DNA of 64,000 nucleotides from Flavobacteriales bacterium (GCA_038204955.1 JBBRCJ010000008.1:2187-66186), one strand, 5' to 3'; shown: positions 1 through 11,519, counted from the first letter of the stretch. Numbers and translations: made by a program. The notes: generated from the letters alone by a model not told the origin.

Positions 1-330
1 TGAAAATGCACTTGCAGCATCTCCAACTTTTGGACTGAAACCGTTATAACCTAATCCAACTTTAACAGCTAAGTCATCCATAAAAAAATAACCACCTTCT
101 GCACCAAAGCCATAACTAGAACTTCCATCAACGCTCGAAAAACTAATTGCTGTGTTTGCAGGATTAGCGGCACCAAAACCTGTATTGGCTTCAATTAAAA
201 ATTTTCCCTCTGCTGTTTGAGCTGCAGAAGCACTTGTACTTCTTCTAGCTTGGGCTGCTGATTTTGCTTTTTGAGCATTGACACTACCTGCCATTGCTAC
301 TACTGCTAAAAATAAAAAAACTCTTTTCAT
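1..330 (-). CDS. outer-membrane beta-barrel (porin/OmpA-like) protein, N-terminal part; 3' end lies outside the window
   Basis: My reverse-complement translation from the ATG at 330-328 gives MKRVFLFLAVVAMAGSVNAQKAK... This is a signal peptide followed by Gly/aromatic beta-strand-like segments (GFGAANPANT, SSYGFGAEGGYFF, VGLGYNGF). It is not in the ORF track because the window edge truncates it. Confidence 0.55.
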   Translation of the reverse strand, partial: MKRVFLFLAVVAMAGSVNAQKAKSAAQARRSTSASAAQTAEGKFLIEANTGFGAANPANTAISFSSVDGSSSYGFGAEGGYFFMDDLAVKVGLGYNGFSPKVGDAASAFS

Positions 331-475
331 ACTTTGATTGTTTTATATGGTTTATAGATTCAAAATTAAATAATATTAATTATGTTAATGTTAATAAAAT
401 CTAAAAAATTAAAAATTTCTTAATTTGCAGTAGATTGACCTCTAATTTATTATTTTTACAAAAAATGTGAATTGT

Positions 476-892
476 ATGAAAATCATCATTATTAATGGTC
501 CAAACTTGAATTTATTAGGTAAACGTGAGCCCGAAGTTTATGGCAACCAATTATTTGAAGATTATTTTAAAAGTTTACAAATTAAATTTCCAGCCATTGA
601 ATTGTCTTATTATCAAAGTAATATTGAAGGAGAATTAATAAATAAGATTCATCAAGTAGGTTTTACTTTTGACGGCATCATTCTTAATGCTGGTGGATAT
701 ACTCACACCTCTGTGGCCATTGGCGATGCAATAAAATCAATCACAACACCCGTTGTTGAAGTACATATTTCTAACACATTTTCACGTGAGACGTTTCGTC
801 ACCAATCTTTTATTTCACCTAATGCTAAAGGTGTAATTGTTGGTTTTGGATTGCAAAGTTATGAGTTGGGAGTTTTAAGTTTAATAGTTTAA
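476..892 (+). CDS. aroQ: type II 3-dehydroquinate dehydratase
   Basis: ORF 467..892. MKIIIINGPNLNLLGKREPEVYG and the ...GGYTHTSVA... motif are typical of AroQ. Start moved to the second ATG (MKIII). Confidence 0.9.
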   Translation: MKIIIINGPNLNLLGKREPEVYGNQLFEDYFKSLQIKFPAIELSYYQSNIEGELINKIHQVGFTFDGIILNAGGYTHTSVAIGDAIKSITTPVVEVHISNTFSRETFRHQSFISPNAKGVIVGFGLQSYELGVLSLIV

Positions 893-1038
893 TTTGTTTT
901 ATCCTTGTTAGTATAAGTATCTTTTAAATAAATATAATGGGTTTAACAGTAGGTTTGTCATTTTGATATAAAGTTTTAAAAAAAATAAACATACAACCAT
1001 TTCAACAAAATTTTCGTCTATACGTTTAAAAGCCTATT

Positions 1039-3513
1039 ATGAACAAACTACTTACTTCACTCCTACTTATTATATCAACCTTAGGTTTCACACAATTAAA
1101 AGGTACTGTTACCGATTTAAAAGGAAATCCAATACCATTTGCCAACATTTTTGTTAAGGACACTTACATTAGCACCTCAACCAATGATAAAGGTAATTAT
1201 ACTTTGAATATAAAATCAAGTGGTAATTATACAGTTTTATTTCAATATTTGGGTTATAAAACCAATAAACAAGAAGTTACTATAATTTCGCTTCCTCAAT
1301 TGTTAAACGTTTCATTAACCGAAGAAGAAATTCAATTAAGCGAAGTTGTAATTTCAAAAAAAGACAATCCGGCCAATGCCATCATAAAAAATGCCATAGC
1401 AAATAGAAAGGAAAACAGTTTAAAGACTTCAAAATATACTGCTGATTTTTACTCTCGTGGAATTTTTAGAGTGAAAGATTTACCTAAAAAATTTATGGGT
1501 CAAAAAGTTGATGATTTTGATGAAATTATAGATTCTACCCGAAGTGGAATTTTATATTTATCAGAAACCGTTTCAAAAATAACCTTTCAAAAACCTGATA
1601 AATTGAAAGAATTAATTGTAGCATCAAAAGTTAGCGGCAAAGACAACGGATTTAGCTTTAACAATGCTGCCTCGGCTAACTTTGATTTTTATGATAACAC
1701 TATCGAATTCAATAACAAAGTAATTTCGCCAATTGCTGATAATGCTTTTGGGTATTACAAATTCAAATATGAAGGTTCGTTTTTTGATGAAAACAAACAG
1801 CAAATCAATAAAATTAAAGTTATTCCCCGCCGCCAAACCGATCCAGTTATGGAGGGCTATATTTACATTGTTGAAGATTCTTGGGCAATTTACGCAACCG
1901 ATTTGACTATTAAGGGCAATCAAATGCAAAATCCAATTTTAAATACATTAACTTTAAAACAAAACTTTAGTTACAATTCATTATCCAAAACTTGGATTAA
2001 AAATACTCAAACCCTAAATTTTGAAGCTGGGATTTTTGCTTTTAAATTCAACGGAGGTTTTACTTATGTATATTCAAATTTTGACTTTCCGGAACAATTT
2101 GCCAAAAAAACTTTTACTAATGAAATACTTTCATTTCAAGAAAACGCCAATAAAAAAGACGATGATTTTTGGAATAAAACTAGACCTGTTCCTTTAACTG
2201 CCGAAGAAAGTAATGATTATATTAAAAAAGATGCCTTGCAAACCAAAAAAAAATCTCAAAAATATCTAGATTCTATTGACTTAAAAAAGAATAAATTTAG
2301 TTTATCGGATATTTTTATGGGATATGAATACAAAAATTCTTTTAAAAAAAGAACCTTTGCCTATGAAGGACCTTTTTTTGCGACTTCATTTAACACGGTT
2401 CAAGGTTGGAATACGGGAGTTGGATTCTCCTACTCTACTTTTGATAATGACAAGCGAACTTTTAATAAAATAAGCACAAAATTAAATTATGGTTTTGCAG
2501 AAAAAAAAATTCGAGGAACGGCAAGTTATTCTCAAAAATTCAATAATCTAGATAAAAGCACTTTACTAATTTCAGCAGGAAGTACAGTAAATCAATTTAA
2601 TGCTACCAATCCGATTTCAAAAATTGTAAATGAAGTAAGTACCTTGTTTTTTAAAGATAATTATTTAAAATTATACGAGAAAAATTTTGCATCAGTAAAT
2701 TTTAGTCGTGAAATTACCAACGGATTATTTATGCAAGCCAATCTAGAATATTCTGAGCGTAAGTCCTTGTTTAACACTACTGATTATTCTGTAGTAAAAA
2801 AGGATAAAAATTACTCTTCCAACAATCCAATTTTGCCTAATGATTTTACAACTTCAATTTTTGACAGAAACAATATTGTAAAAGCCAATTTATTGGCAAG
2901 AATAAATTTTGGACAAAAATACATTTCGCGTCCCAATGGAAAATTTAATTTGGGTGATAATAAATATCCAACATTAATTATTGCCTACGAAAAAGGTTTT
3001 GCTTCAAGCGATAAAAACTTGAATTACGATAAAATTGCAGCTTCAATTACACAAACCACCGCTTTATCCAACAAAGGCGAATTGACTTATAATTTAAAAG
3101 CAGGTACTTTTTTTAATGCTGACAACATTTCGTTTATTGATTATAAACATTTTAATGGCAATCAAACTCATATTGGACAATCAGAAAATTATACTAACGT
3201 TTTTAATTTACTACCTTATTATATAGCATCCACCAATAAAAGTTATTTTGAAGCTCATTTAGAACACAACGATAAGGGTTTTATTATGAATAAAATTCCG
3301 TTGCTCAATAAATTACAATCGCAATTGGTTTTAGGTTTTCATAATTTGGTTGTTAGTGATAGAAAACCCTATCAAGAATTATCAGTTGGATTGGATAATT
3401 TAGGTTTTGGTAAATTTCGATTATTTCGCTTTGATTATGTTCGCTCCTACCAAAACGGATATCAAGGCGATGGAATTATTTTTGGTTTGAAGTTTTTGAA
3501 TGTTTTAGAATAA
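1039..3513 (+). CDS. CarboxypepD_reg-like domain protein (DUF5686-like), predicted outer-membrane associated
   Basis: 824-aa ORF with a signal peptide and the N-terminal motif LKGTVTDLKGNPIPFANIFVKDT...TDEN-like. The long beta-rich C-terminus resembles the Bacteroidota DUF5686 family. Confidence 0.7.
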   Translation: MNKLLTSLLLIISTLGFTQLKGTVTDLKGNPIPFANIFVKDTYISTSTNDKGNYTLNIKSSGNYTVLFQYLGYKTNKQEVTIISLPQLLNVSLTEEEIQLSEVVISKKDNPANAIIKNAIANRKENSLKTSKYTADFYSRGIFRVKDLPKKFMGQKVDDFDEIIDSTRSGILYLSETVSKITFQKPDKLKELIVASKVSGKDNGFSFNNAASANFDFYDNTIEFNNKVISPIADNAFGYYKFKYEGSFFDENKQQINKIKVIPRRQTDPVMEGYIYIVEDSWAIYATDLTIKGNQMQNPILNTLTLKQNFSYNSLSKTWIKNTQTLNFEAGIFAFKFNGGFTYVYSNFDFPEQFAKKTFTNEILSFQENANKKDDDFWNKTRPVPLTAEESNDYIKKDALQTKKKSQKYLDSIDLKKNKFSLSDIFMGYEYKNSFKKRTFAYEGPFFATSFNTVQGWNTGVGFSYSTFDNDKRTFNKISTKLNYGFAEKKIRGTASYSQKFNNLDKSTLLISAGSTVNQFNATNPISKIVNEVSTLFFKDNYLKLYEKNFASVNFSREITNGLFMQANLEYSERKSLFNTTDYSVVKKDKNYSSNNPILPNDFTTSIFDRNNIVKANLLARINFGQKYISRPNGKFNLGDNKYPTLIIAYEKGFASSDKNLNYDKIAASITQTTALSNKGELTYNLKAGTFFNADNISFIDYKHFNGNQTHIGQSENYTNVFNLLPYYIASTNKSYFEAHLEHNDKGFIMNKIPLLNKLQSQLVLGFHNLVVSDRKPYQELSVGLDNLGFGKFRLFRFDYVRSYQNGYQGDGIIFGLKFLNVLE

Positions 3514-3648
3514 TTAATTTACTTTTTTAATAGTACATTAACTTTTGAGAAAAAAACGTTAAAAAAAAATTAACTACTAAAATTTTACCAATTGTAAATA
3601 CTATTTTTGTTTTTTAAACAAACGTTTAATTAATTTAATTTCTTTAAA

Positions 3649-4713
3649 ATGAAAATAAAACACCTTGTTTACGCATTATTAATTATTGGTTTTGGAGGAT
3701 TTATAGCCTACCGAATTATAGAAAACAAAGCCAAAACCGAAGATTCTAAAGGAAAAGACGGAAAAAATAAACCTATGACTCTTGCTGGAATTATAGCTAA
3801 AACAGAAACTTTTGAAAATAATTTATCACTTTCAGGCTCAATAGAAGCCAATGAACAAATTGAAATTCATAGCGAAGTTTCAGGAATTGTTGAAGCAATT
3901 TATTTTAAAGAAGGAAGTTATGTAAACCGAGGTCAAGTTTTATTTAAAGTGAATGATTCTGAATTACGAGCCCAACTTAGACAGGCGCAAACTAAGCAAA
4001 ATTTAGCGTCAGAAAACCAACGTCGCGCTAAATTATTACTTCAAAAAGAGGCCCTTAGTCAAGAAGAATTTGATGTTTCAAATGCCGATTTTCGATCGGC
4101 ACAAGCACAAAGCCAACTTATTGAAGCCCAAATTGCCAAAACGTTAATAAAAGCACCTTTTGGAGGCAAAATTGGTTTGCGTTATATTTCACCTGGAACT
4201 TATATTTCGCCTGCGGTTTTGGTAGCCAATTTGGTTAATATCGCTAAACTTAAAATAACATTTTCAATTCCTGAAAAATATGCTACTCAGGTAAAATTAA
4301 ATTCGGTATTATCCTTTACCGTTTCAGGATCTGACTCAAAACACTCGGCAGTAATTTATGCAATTGAACCAGGTGTAGATACGAATACCAGAACCTTGCA
4401 GGTTCGTGCCATTGCAGACAATAAAAACGGAGATCTTATACCAGGTAGTTACGCCAATGTTGACTTACCTTTAGATAAAATAAAGGAGGCCATAGTGGTG
4501 CCTACAGAGGCAATTATTCCTGTTCAAAATGGAAAAAAAGTATTTATTACTGAAAATGGAAAAGCCAAAGAAGTGATGATTAAAACCGCTACTAGAACCG
4601 ATGCTTCAATACTAGTTTTATCTGGTTTAAAACAAGGCGATACTATAATTACAGCTGGTGTAATGAGTTTAAAAGCAGACGCGCCAGTTAAAATAATAAT
4701 TAAAAAAGAGTAA
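3649..4713 (+). CDS. efflux RND transporter periplasmic adaptor (MFP) subunit
   Basis: 354 aa with an N-terminal TM, a coiled-coil hairpin region (LRAQLRQAQTKQNLA...) and beta-barrel motifs. It sits directly upstream of the RND pump. Confidence 0.9.
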   Translation: MKIKHLVYALLIIGFGGFIAYRIIENKAKTEDSKGKDGKNKPMTLAGIIAKTETFENNLSLSGSIEANEQIEIHSEVSGIVEAIYFKEGSYVNRGQVLFKVNDSELRAQLRQAQTKQNLASENQRRAKLLLQKEALSQEEFDVSNADFRSAQAQSQLIEAQIAKTLIKAPFGGKIGLRYISPGTYISPAVLVANLVNIAKLKITFSIPEKYATQVKLNSVLSFTVSGSDSKHSAVIYAIEPGVDTNTRTLQVRAIADNKNGDLIPGSYANVDLPLDKIKEAIVVPTEAIIPVQNGKKVFITENGKAKEVMIKTATRTDASILVLSGLKQGDTIITAGVMSLKADAPVKIIIKKE

Positions 4714-4742
4714 TCATTAAACTTTAACATAAAGAATAAATC

Positions 4743-7700
4743 ATGAGTTTATCTACTTTAAGTATCCGAAGACCCATATTTACAATAGTAATTAATTTAT
4801 TAATTGTACTGTTCGGAATTATTGGTTACACCTTTTTAGGAGTTCGAGAATTTCCATCAATCGACCCAGCACAAATTTCGATAAGTACGAGTTATACAGG
4901 GGCAAATTCAGATATTATTGAATCGCAAATAACCGAACCTTTAGAAAAAGCTATAAACTCAATTGACGGAATTAGAAATATAACTTCTTCAAGTAACCAA
5001 GGAAGCAGTAATATTACGGTTGAGTTTAATTTAGATAAAGACTTAGAAACAGCTGCAAATGATGTTAGAGACAAGGTTTCACGAGCAATTCGAAGCCTAC
5101 CACAGGATATTGATGCCCCACCAGTAGTTTCAAAAGCAGATGCAAATGGTGATGCAATAATTTCGATGACTGTACAAAGTGATACAAGAAGTGCTTTACA
5201 GTTAAGTGATTACGCTGAAAATGTAATCGGTCAACGTTTAGAAACAATTCCTGGAGTAAGTGGAGTTCAAATTTGGGGTCAAAAACGGTATGCAATGCGA
5301 CTTTGGATAGACCCAGTAAAATTAAATTCTTACGGCTGCACTGTTTCTGATGTTCGGACTGCTTTAAATAAGCAAAACGTAGAGCTTCCATCAGGAAAAT
5401 TAACTGGCAATAACACTGAATTAACAGTTAAGACCGTTGGTAATTTATCCAAACCAGAAGAATTTAACAACATTATTATACGTTCTGATGCCGATAAAAT
5501 AGTACGTCTTAGTGATATTGGACGTGCGGAACTAAGTGCCGAGAATGTCGAAACTCAGATGACACAATCGGGAACTCCGCTTGTAGGTGTAGCTATTGTG
5601 CCACTTCCTGGTGCAAATTACTTAGATATTTCTAAAAAATTTTATGCAGAGTTTGAAAAATTAAAAAAAGATTTACCTAAAGACATTAAACTAAATATTG
5701 CAATAGATACAACAGTTTTTGTTAAAAAATCAGTTTTAGAAGTTGCTGAAACTTTAGGGATATCAATTTTACTTGTAATATTAATCATCTATTTGTTTTT
5801 TAGAGATTGGGCAATCGCCTTTCGTCCATTAATTGATATTCCCGTTTCACTAATTGCTACTTTTTTCATCATGTGGTTGTTTGGTTTTTCTATAAATGTG
5901 CTTACTTTACTGGCAATCGTATTAGCAACTGGTTTAGTTGTAGATGACGGAATTGTAGTTACCGAAAATATTTTTAAGAAAGTTGAAGAAGGAATGACTC
6001 CCATTGAAGCCGCCATCAAGGGTTCAAACGAGATTTTCTTTGCAGTTATATCTATCTCCATAACACTAGCCGCAGTGTTTTTACCAGTTATTTTCCTAGA
6101 AGGATTTGTAGGTAGATTGTTTAGAGAATTTGGAGTAGTAATTGGCGCTGCAGTTTTAATTTCTGCCTTTGTATCGTTAACCTTAACCCCAATGCTAAAC
6201 GCCTATTTGATGAAAGGTGGCGAACAAAAAAAATCTAAATTTTATTTAAAAACGGAACCCTATTTTGAAAAGTTAAATGCTAGTTATGCTAGTTACTTGA
6301 ATCGTTTTATGAAAAAAAAATGGTTGAGTTTTCCAATTATTATTTTCTGTTTTGGATTAATTTACGTGTTTTTTAATTTACTTCAAAAAGAAACGGCACC
6401 GTACGATGACCGAAGTGGTTTTGTAATGCGAATGTCTACTCCAGAAGGAGCAACTTATGATTATACGGACAAATTTATGCAAGAAATTTCACGTCTTGTC
6501 GATGATTCAGTTTCAGAAAAAAAAGTGAGTTTAGTAATTACTTCACCAGGTTTTGGTGGCTCATCATCAGTAAATAGTGGCTTTATAAGAGTTTCATTAA
6601 AAGAACCTAATGAAAGAAAACGTTCTCAGAAAGAGATTGCGTCTAAACTTACTCAATTAACCAAACAATATCCTGATGCCAAAACAACAGTTATTGAACA
6701 ACCTACAATTGCAGTAAATAGACGTGGAGGTTTACCAATACAATATATCATACAAGCACCTAATTTTGAAAAACTACAAGAAAAAATTCCATTATTTATG
6801 GACGAGGCATCAAAAGATCCAACGTTTGCCATAACTGATGTTAATTTAAAATTCAACAAACCAGAAATAAATGTAAGTATAAATCGTGAAAAAGCCGAAA
6901 GTTTAGGGATTTCAGTAATTGATATTGCACAAACACTACAACTATCGTTAAGCGGACAACGATTTGGATATTTCATCAGAAGTGGGAAACAATACCAAGT
7001 AATAGGACAATTTGATCAAAAAGATCGTTCTAAACCTTTAGATTTGACCTCAATGTTTGTTAAAAATAACAAAGGACAACTTATTCAAATGGATAATGTA
7101 GTTAGTATTGAAGAAAAAAGTAATCCACCACAACTGTATCATAATAATAGATACATGTCGGCAACCGTTTCGGCTGGTTTAGCACCAGGAAAAAGTATAA
7201 GCGACGGAATTGAAGCGATGAATAAAGTAAAAGCTAAGGTGCTTGATGACTCGTTTACAACAGATTTAGGAGGTGAATCAAGAGATTTTGTCGAAAGTAG
7301 TTCGAATACATCATTCGCGTTTGGATTGGCATTATTGTTAATTTTCTTAATACTATCGGCACAATTTGAAAGTTTTATTGATCCTTTTATTATTATTTTG
7401 ACCGTTCCAATGGCTGTGGCCGGAGCCTTATTTTCATTATGGTTATTTGATCAAACTTGGAATATTTTTAGTCAAATTGGAACAGTAATGCTTATCGGAC
7501 TAGTGACAAAAAATGGAATTTTAATAGTAGAATTTGCCAATCAATTGCGAGAGCAAGGCAAACCAAAATTAGAAGCCATACTTGAGGCATCTGAAGCCCG
7601 ATTACGACCTATTTTAATGACTAGTTTGGCAATTTCATTAGGTGCATTACCAATCGCACTTTCATTAGGCGCAGCATCAACTAGCCGAATTGGAATGGGT

Positions 7701-7841
7701 GTTGTTATCGTAGGAGGAACCATTTTTTCATTAGTTCTAACCTTATTTGTAATCCCGGCTTTATACTTAATGTGGTCAAAAGCCAGAAAACATTATGAAG
7801 AATTTGATCACATTGATGAATATGAAAAAGAAAATAAATAA
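4743..7841 (+). CDS. RND (AcrB/HAE1 family) efflux permease
   Basis: 1032 aa. N-terminus MSLSTLSIRRPIFTIVINLLIVLFG, with 12-TM architecture and two large periplasmic loops typical of the AcrB family. Confidence 0.92.
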   Translation: MSLSTLSIRRPIFTIVINLLIVLFGIIGYTFLGVREFPSIDPAQISISTSYTGANSDIIESQITEPLEKAINSIDGIRNITSSSNQGSSNITVEFNLDKDLETAANDVRDKVSRAIRSLPQDIDAPPVVSKADANGDAIISMTVQSDTRSALQLSDYAENVIGQRLETIPGVSGVQIWGQKRYAMRLWIDPVKLNSYGCTVSDVRTALNKQNVELPSGKLTGNNTELTVKTVGNLSKPEEFNNIIIRSDADKIVRLSDIGRAELSAENVETQMTQSGTPLVGVAIVPLPGANYLDISKKFYAEFEKLKKDLPKDIKLNIAIDTTVFVKKSVLEVAETLGISILLVILIIYLFFRDWAIAFRPLIDIPVSLIATFFIMWLFGFSINVLTLLAIVLATGLVVDDGIVVTENIFKKVEEGMTPIEAAIKGSNEIFFAVISISITLAAVFLPVIFLEGFVGRLFREFGVVIGAAVLISAFVSLTLTPMLNAYLMKGGEQKKSKFYLKTEPYFEKLNASYASYLNRFMKKKWLSFPIIIFCFGLIYVFFNLLQKETAPYDDRSGFVMRMSTPEGATYDYTDKFMQEISRLVDDSVSEKKVSLVITSPGFGGSSSVNSGFIRVSLKEPNERKRSQKEIASKLTQLTKQYPDAKTTVIEQPTIAVNRRGGLPIQYIIQAPNFEKLQEKIPLFMDEASKDPTFAITDVNLKFNKPEINVSINREKAESLGISVIDIAQTLQLSLSGQRFGYFIRSGKQYQVIGQFDQKDRSKPLDLTSMFVKNNKGQLIQMDNVVSIEEKSNPPQLYHNNRYMSATVSAGLAPGKSISDGIEAMNKVKAKVLDDSFTTDLGGESRDFVESSSNTSFAFGLALLLIFLILSAQFESFIDPFIIILTVPMAVAGALFSLWLFDQTWNIFSQIGTVMLIGLVTKNGILIVEFANQLREQGKPKLEAILEASEARLRPILMTSLAISLGALPIALSLGAASTSRIGMGVVIVGGTIFSLVLTLFVIPALYLMWSKARKHYEEFDHIDEYEKENK

Positions 7842-7842
7842 A

Positions 7843-9156
7843 ATGAAAACAATAAAAAAAACAGTTTTACTATTGATTTTATTATGCTTTAGCATCTCAA
7901 AATTACAAGCACAAGAAGTTTTAACTTTAGAAGATGCTGTTAAAATTGCTTTAGAAAACAATTATGAAATAAAAATTTCAAAAAATAATTTAACTATTAA
8001 TAAAACTAATGTAGCTACTGGAAATGCTGGGATGTTACCAAAGTTAACAGCAACAATTTTAGATAACAATAGTATCCAAAATACAACTCAAACCCGATCG
8101 GACGGGACGGTAAATAAACTTGATAATGCAAAAAACAATAGCTTAGTTTATGGAGCAGGACTAGACTGGACGATTTTTGATGGATTTAAAATGTTTGCCA
8201 AATTAGACCAATTAAAAGCTTTACAAAAATTAGGCGAAGCAAATTTGAAACTAACAATAACTACAAAAATTAGCGACGTAACCTCAACTTATTATGATTT
8301 AGTTCAACAAAAACAACAACTTGCAGCTTTAGATAGTACTATTGTACTATCAAATCAACGATTAGATTTGGCTAAAAACAGATTTACTATCGGAAAAACA
8401 TCTAAACTAGAGGTTTTAAATGCACAAGTCGATTTGAATACTGATATAACAGCTCATTTACATCAAAAGGAAGTATATATGAATACAAAAACATTATTAA
8501 ACCAAATATTATCTCGTGACCTTACGACTGATTTTAACGTTATAAATATAATTACAGTAGACGAAAAATTAATTTTAAACGAGCTTAATGCGTTAGCTGA
8601 AAAACAAAATCCACAATTAGAAGCACAAATTTTAAATAAAAAAGTAGCCGAATTGCAATTAAAACAAATTAAAGGCGATCGATATCCTGTTGTAAAAGTA
8701 AATTCAGGATACAATTTTACAGAAACAGCAGCAAGTTTAGGATTTGTAACTCAATCATCTGCTAAAGGGTTAAACTATGGTTTTAGTGCTTCATTAAATA
8801 TTTTTGATGGGTTTGCACAACGCCGAAGCGAAAAAATTGCTAAACTTCAAATTGAGAATTCAAATATAGCAATTCAACAACAAAATCAATCATTAAAAGC
8901 TGCTTTAAGCACTTCATTTCAGACCTACTTAACTAATTTAGAACTGTCAAAATTAGAACAAAAAAATGAAATTATAGCTAAACAAAACTTAGCAATAACG
9001 CTTGATAAGTTTAGAATAGGAACGATAACCACATTCGAATTTAGAACAGCACAACTAAATTATACTAATGCTAAAGTACGCAATAGTAACGCCCAATTTC
9101 AAGCTAAATTATCTGAAATTTCTTTAAAGGAACTTGCAGGAAATATTAGTTTTTAA
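7843..9156 (+). CDS. TolC-family outer membrane efflux factor
   Basis: ORF 7795..9156. The probable start is the MKTIKKTV ATG at 7843, just after the pump stop codon. It has a signal peptide and LTLEDAVKIALENNYEIK with repeated coiled-coil halves typical of OEP/TolC. Confidence 0.88.
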   Translation: MKTIKKTVLLLILLCFSISKLQAQEVLTLEDAVKIALENNYEIKISKNNLTINKTNVATGNAGMLPKLTATILDNNSIQNTTQTRSDGTVNKLDNAKNNSLVYGAGLDWTIFDGFKMFAKLDQLKALQKLGEANLKLTITTKISDVTSTYYDLVQQKQQLAALDSTIVLSNQRLDLAKNRFTIGKTSKLEVLNAQVDLNTDITAHLHQKEVYMNTKTLLNQILSRDLTTDFNVINIITVDEKLILNELNALAEKQNPQLEAQILNKKVAELQLKQIKGDRYPVVKVNSGYNFTETAASLGFVTQSSAKGLNYGFSASLNIFDGFAQRRSEKIAKLQIENSNIAIQQQNQSLKAALSTSFQTYLTNLELSKLEQKNEIIAKQNLAITLDKFRIGTITTFEFRTAQLNYTNAKVRNSNAQFQAKLSEISLKELAGNISF

Positions 9157-9217
9157 TTAAAAATTAAGTAATCAAAAAATGATAAAGTAAAAATTAATGT
9201 GTATTTCTATTTTAATG

Positions 9218-9985
9218 TTAATGCAAAAACACATCATATCCAAAACGAATTAAAGCACAAAAGACTACAATTAAAAAGAAAACTCGAATAAATTGATTAC
9301 CTTTTTTAAGGGCTAACTTTGCACCAATCCAGCCACCAAGTGCATTGCAAAACGCCATTGGAAGAGCAAAAATCCAAATAATTTTACCTTTTATTGCAAA
9401 CAAAGTAATTGAACCAAAATTAGTTGCCAAATTTACCATTTTCGCATTTGCTGAAGCGTGTAAAAAGTCGAATCCTAAAATCGAAACAAAACAGACTACA
9501 AAAAAAATACCAGTTCCAGGGCCAATAAACCCATCATAAAAACCAACAACAAAACTAATTATCAAACCATAAACTAATTGTTTTTTTGGCGAAACATTTT
9601 TTTCTTGCACTTGTCCAAAATCTTTTTTAGTAAAAGTATAAATGGCTAAACTTACCAAGACTACTAACAAAACGGGTTTCATAAAATCATTTTTTACCAA
9701 AGTCAACAAATTGGAGCCTAAAAATGAAGCGCAAAAAGCAACAAGTGCCATTAGTAAAAACAATTTCCAATTAAGCTTTACTTTTTTCAAATATTGATAC
9801 GCTGCAAAACTTGTACCGCTAAAAGCAGGTATTTTTAACGAACCCATTATACTAGAAACAGGTAAACTTGGTAATAATATAAGTGCAACAGGGCTTTGAA
9901 TTAAGCCACCACCGCCAACAATTGCATCAACAAGACCAGCAAAAAAAGAGGCTATGCAGAGTAAAACTATTATATAGGTTTCCAT
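9218..9985 (-). CDS. TauE/SafE family sulfite/anion exporter
   Basis: 255-aa polytopic membrane protein with the GGGGLIQSP motif near the N-terminus. Confidence 0.8.
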   Translation of the reverse strand: METYIIVLLCIASFFAGLVDAIVGGGGLIQSPVALILLPSLPVSSIMGSLKIPAFSGTSFAAYQYLKKVKLNWKLFLLMALVAFCASFLGSNLLTLVKNDFMKPVLLVVLVSLAIYTFTKKDFGQVQEKNVSPKKQLVYGLIISFVVGFYDGFIGPGTGIFFVVCFVSILGFDFLHASANAKMVNLATNFGSITLFAIKGKIIWIFALPMAFCNALGGWIGAKLALKKGNQFIRVFFLIVVFCALIRFGYDVFLH

Positions 9986-10117
9986 AGATTTTTATAGTTG
10001 CTAAGTTTAAAGAGGCTAAGTTGCTAAAAGAAAAAAGAAACAAAATTTTTACAGATGCCTCTTTTTAAAATCTATAATTTCTTAATTCATTTTAATTTCC
10101 CCCTTTAGGGATTAAGC

Positions 10118-11428
10118 TTAAACCCTTACAATATTGGCTCCCAAAGCTCTCAAACGCTCATCAATGCGCTCATATCCTCGATCAATTTGTTCTATGTTTT
10201 GAATCGTACTGGTTCCTTTTGCCGAAAGTGCAGCAATTAATAACGAAATTCCAGCACGAATGTCTGGCGAACTCATTGTAGTTGCTTTTAATTGTGAATT
10301 AAAATCGTGCCCCATAATTACTGCTCGGTGCGGATCGCAAAGCATAATTTTGGCTCCCATATCAATCAATTTATCTACAAAAAACAAACGACTTTCAAAC
10401 ATTTTTTGATGAATTAAAACATCACCTTTAGCTTGAGTTGCTGTTACCAAACAAATACTTAACAAATCGGGTGTAAAGCCAGGCCAAGGAGCATCAGCAA
10501 TGGTTAAAATTGAGCCATCAATATCCGTTTTTACTTCGTATCCATCAATATGAGCAGGAATATAAATATCATCGCCACGTTGTTCCAAAGTTATTCCAAG
10601 TTTTCTAAACGTATTTGGAATCACACCTAAATTATCCCAACTTACATTTTTAATTGTAATTTCACTTTTAGTCATTGCAGCCAACCCTATCCAACTTCCA
10701 ATTTCAATCATATCGGGAAGAATTTTATGCTCGCAACCACCCATACTTTCAACACCTTCAATAACTAGTAGGTTCGACCCAATGCCCGAAACTTTCGCTC
10801 CCATTGCATTCATCATTTTACACAATTGCTGTAAATAAGGTTCACAAGCTGCGTTGTAAATTGTAGTTGTTCCTTCGGCTAAAACTGCCGCCATTACTAT
10901 ATTTGCTGTTCCTGTTACCGAGGCTTCGTCTAATAACATATAAGCTCCTTGAAGTTTCCCTTCAATTTCAACACCATAAAAATGGTCTTCACGATTGTAT
11001 CTAAATTTGGCTCCAAGATTTATAAAACCTTCAAAATGTGTATCTAATCGTCTTCTTCCTATTTTGTCACCACCAGGTTTCGGAATATATCCTTTTCCAA
11101 AGCGAGCCAAAAGTGGCCCAACTATCATAATTGAACCTCGTAAACTTCCTCCTTCTTTTTTAAACGCTTCGGTTTCTAAATAGCCAACATTCACATCATC
11201 GGCTTGAAAAGTATAAGCTCCTTGACCAATTTTCTGAATTTTTACACCCAAGTTACCTAAAAGTGTTATTAGTTTATTAACATCAATAATATCTGGAATA
11301 TTAGTAATTGTTACTTTTTCGGGTGTTAACAAAACTGCACATAATATTTGTAATGCTTCATTTTTTGCGCCTTGCGGCGTTACATCGCCTTTAAGTTGTA
11401 TACCACCTTCTATTTTAAAAGTTCCCAT
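10118..11428 (-). CDS. murA: UDP-N-acetylglucosamine 1-carboxyvinyltransferase
   Basis: 436 aa with full-length similarity to the EPSP-synthase-fold MurA (GAKNEALQILCAVLL, RPIDxH-like region, C-terminal DRGYERIDERL). Confidence 0.93.
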   Translation of the reverse strand: MGTFKIEGGIQLKGDVTPQGAKNEALQILCAVLLTPEKVTITNIPDIIDVNKLITLLGNLGVKIQKIGQGAYTFQADDVNVGYLETEAFKKEGGSLRGSIMIVGPLLARFGKGYIPKPGGDKIGRRRLDTHFEGFINLGAKFRYNREDHFYGVEIEGKLQGAYMLLDEASVTGTANIVMAAVLAEGTTTIYNAACEPYLQQLCKMMNAMGAKVSGIGSNLLVIEGVESMGGCEHKILPDMIEIGSWIGLAAMTKSEITIKNVSWDNLGVIPNTFRKLGITLEQRGDDIYIPAHIDGYEVKTDIDGSILTIADAPWPGFTPDLLSICLVTATQAKGDVLIHQKMFESRLFFVDKLIDMGAKIMLCDPHRAVIMGHDFNSQLKATTMSSPDIRAGISLLIAALSAKGTSTIQNIEQIDRGYERIDERLRALGANIVRV

Positions 11429-11519
11429 TTTTTTAAATTTTGTTTAAAAGTTTAAGGTTTAAAATAGTTTAATTTTGTTTCAACTATTAAACAATTTTAA
11501 ACCAAATTAAACCCTTTTT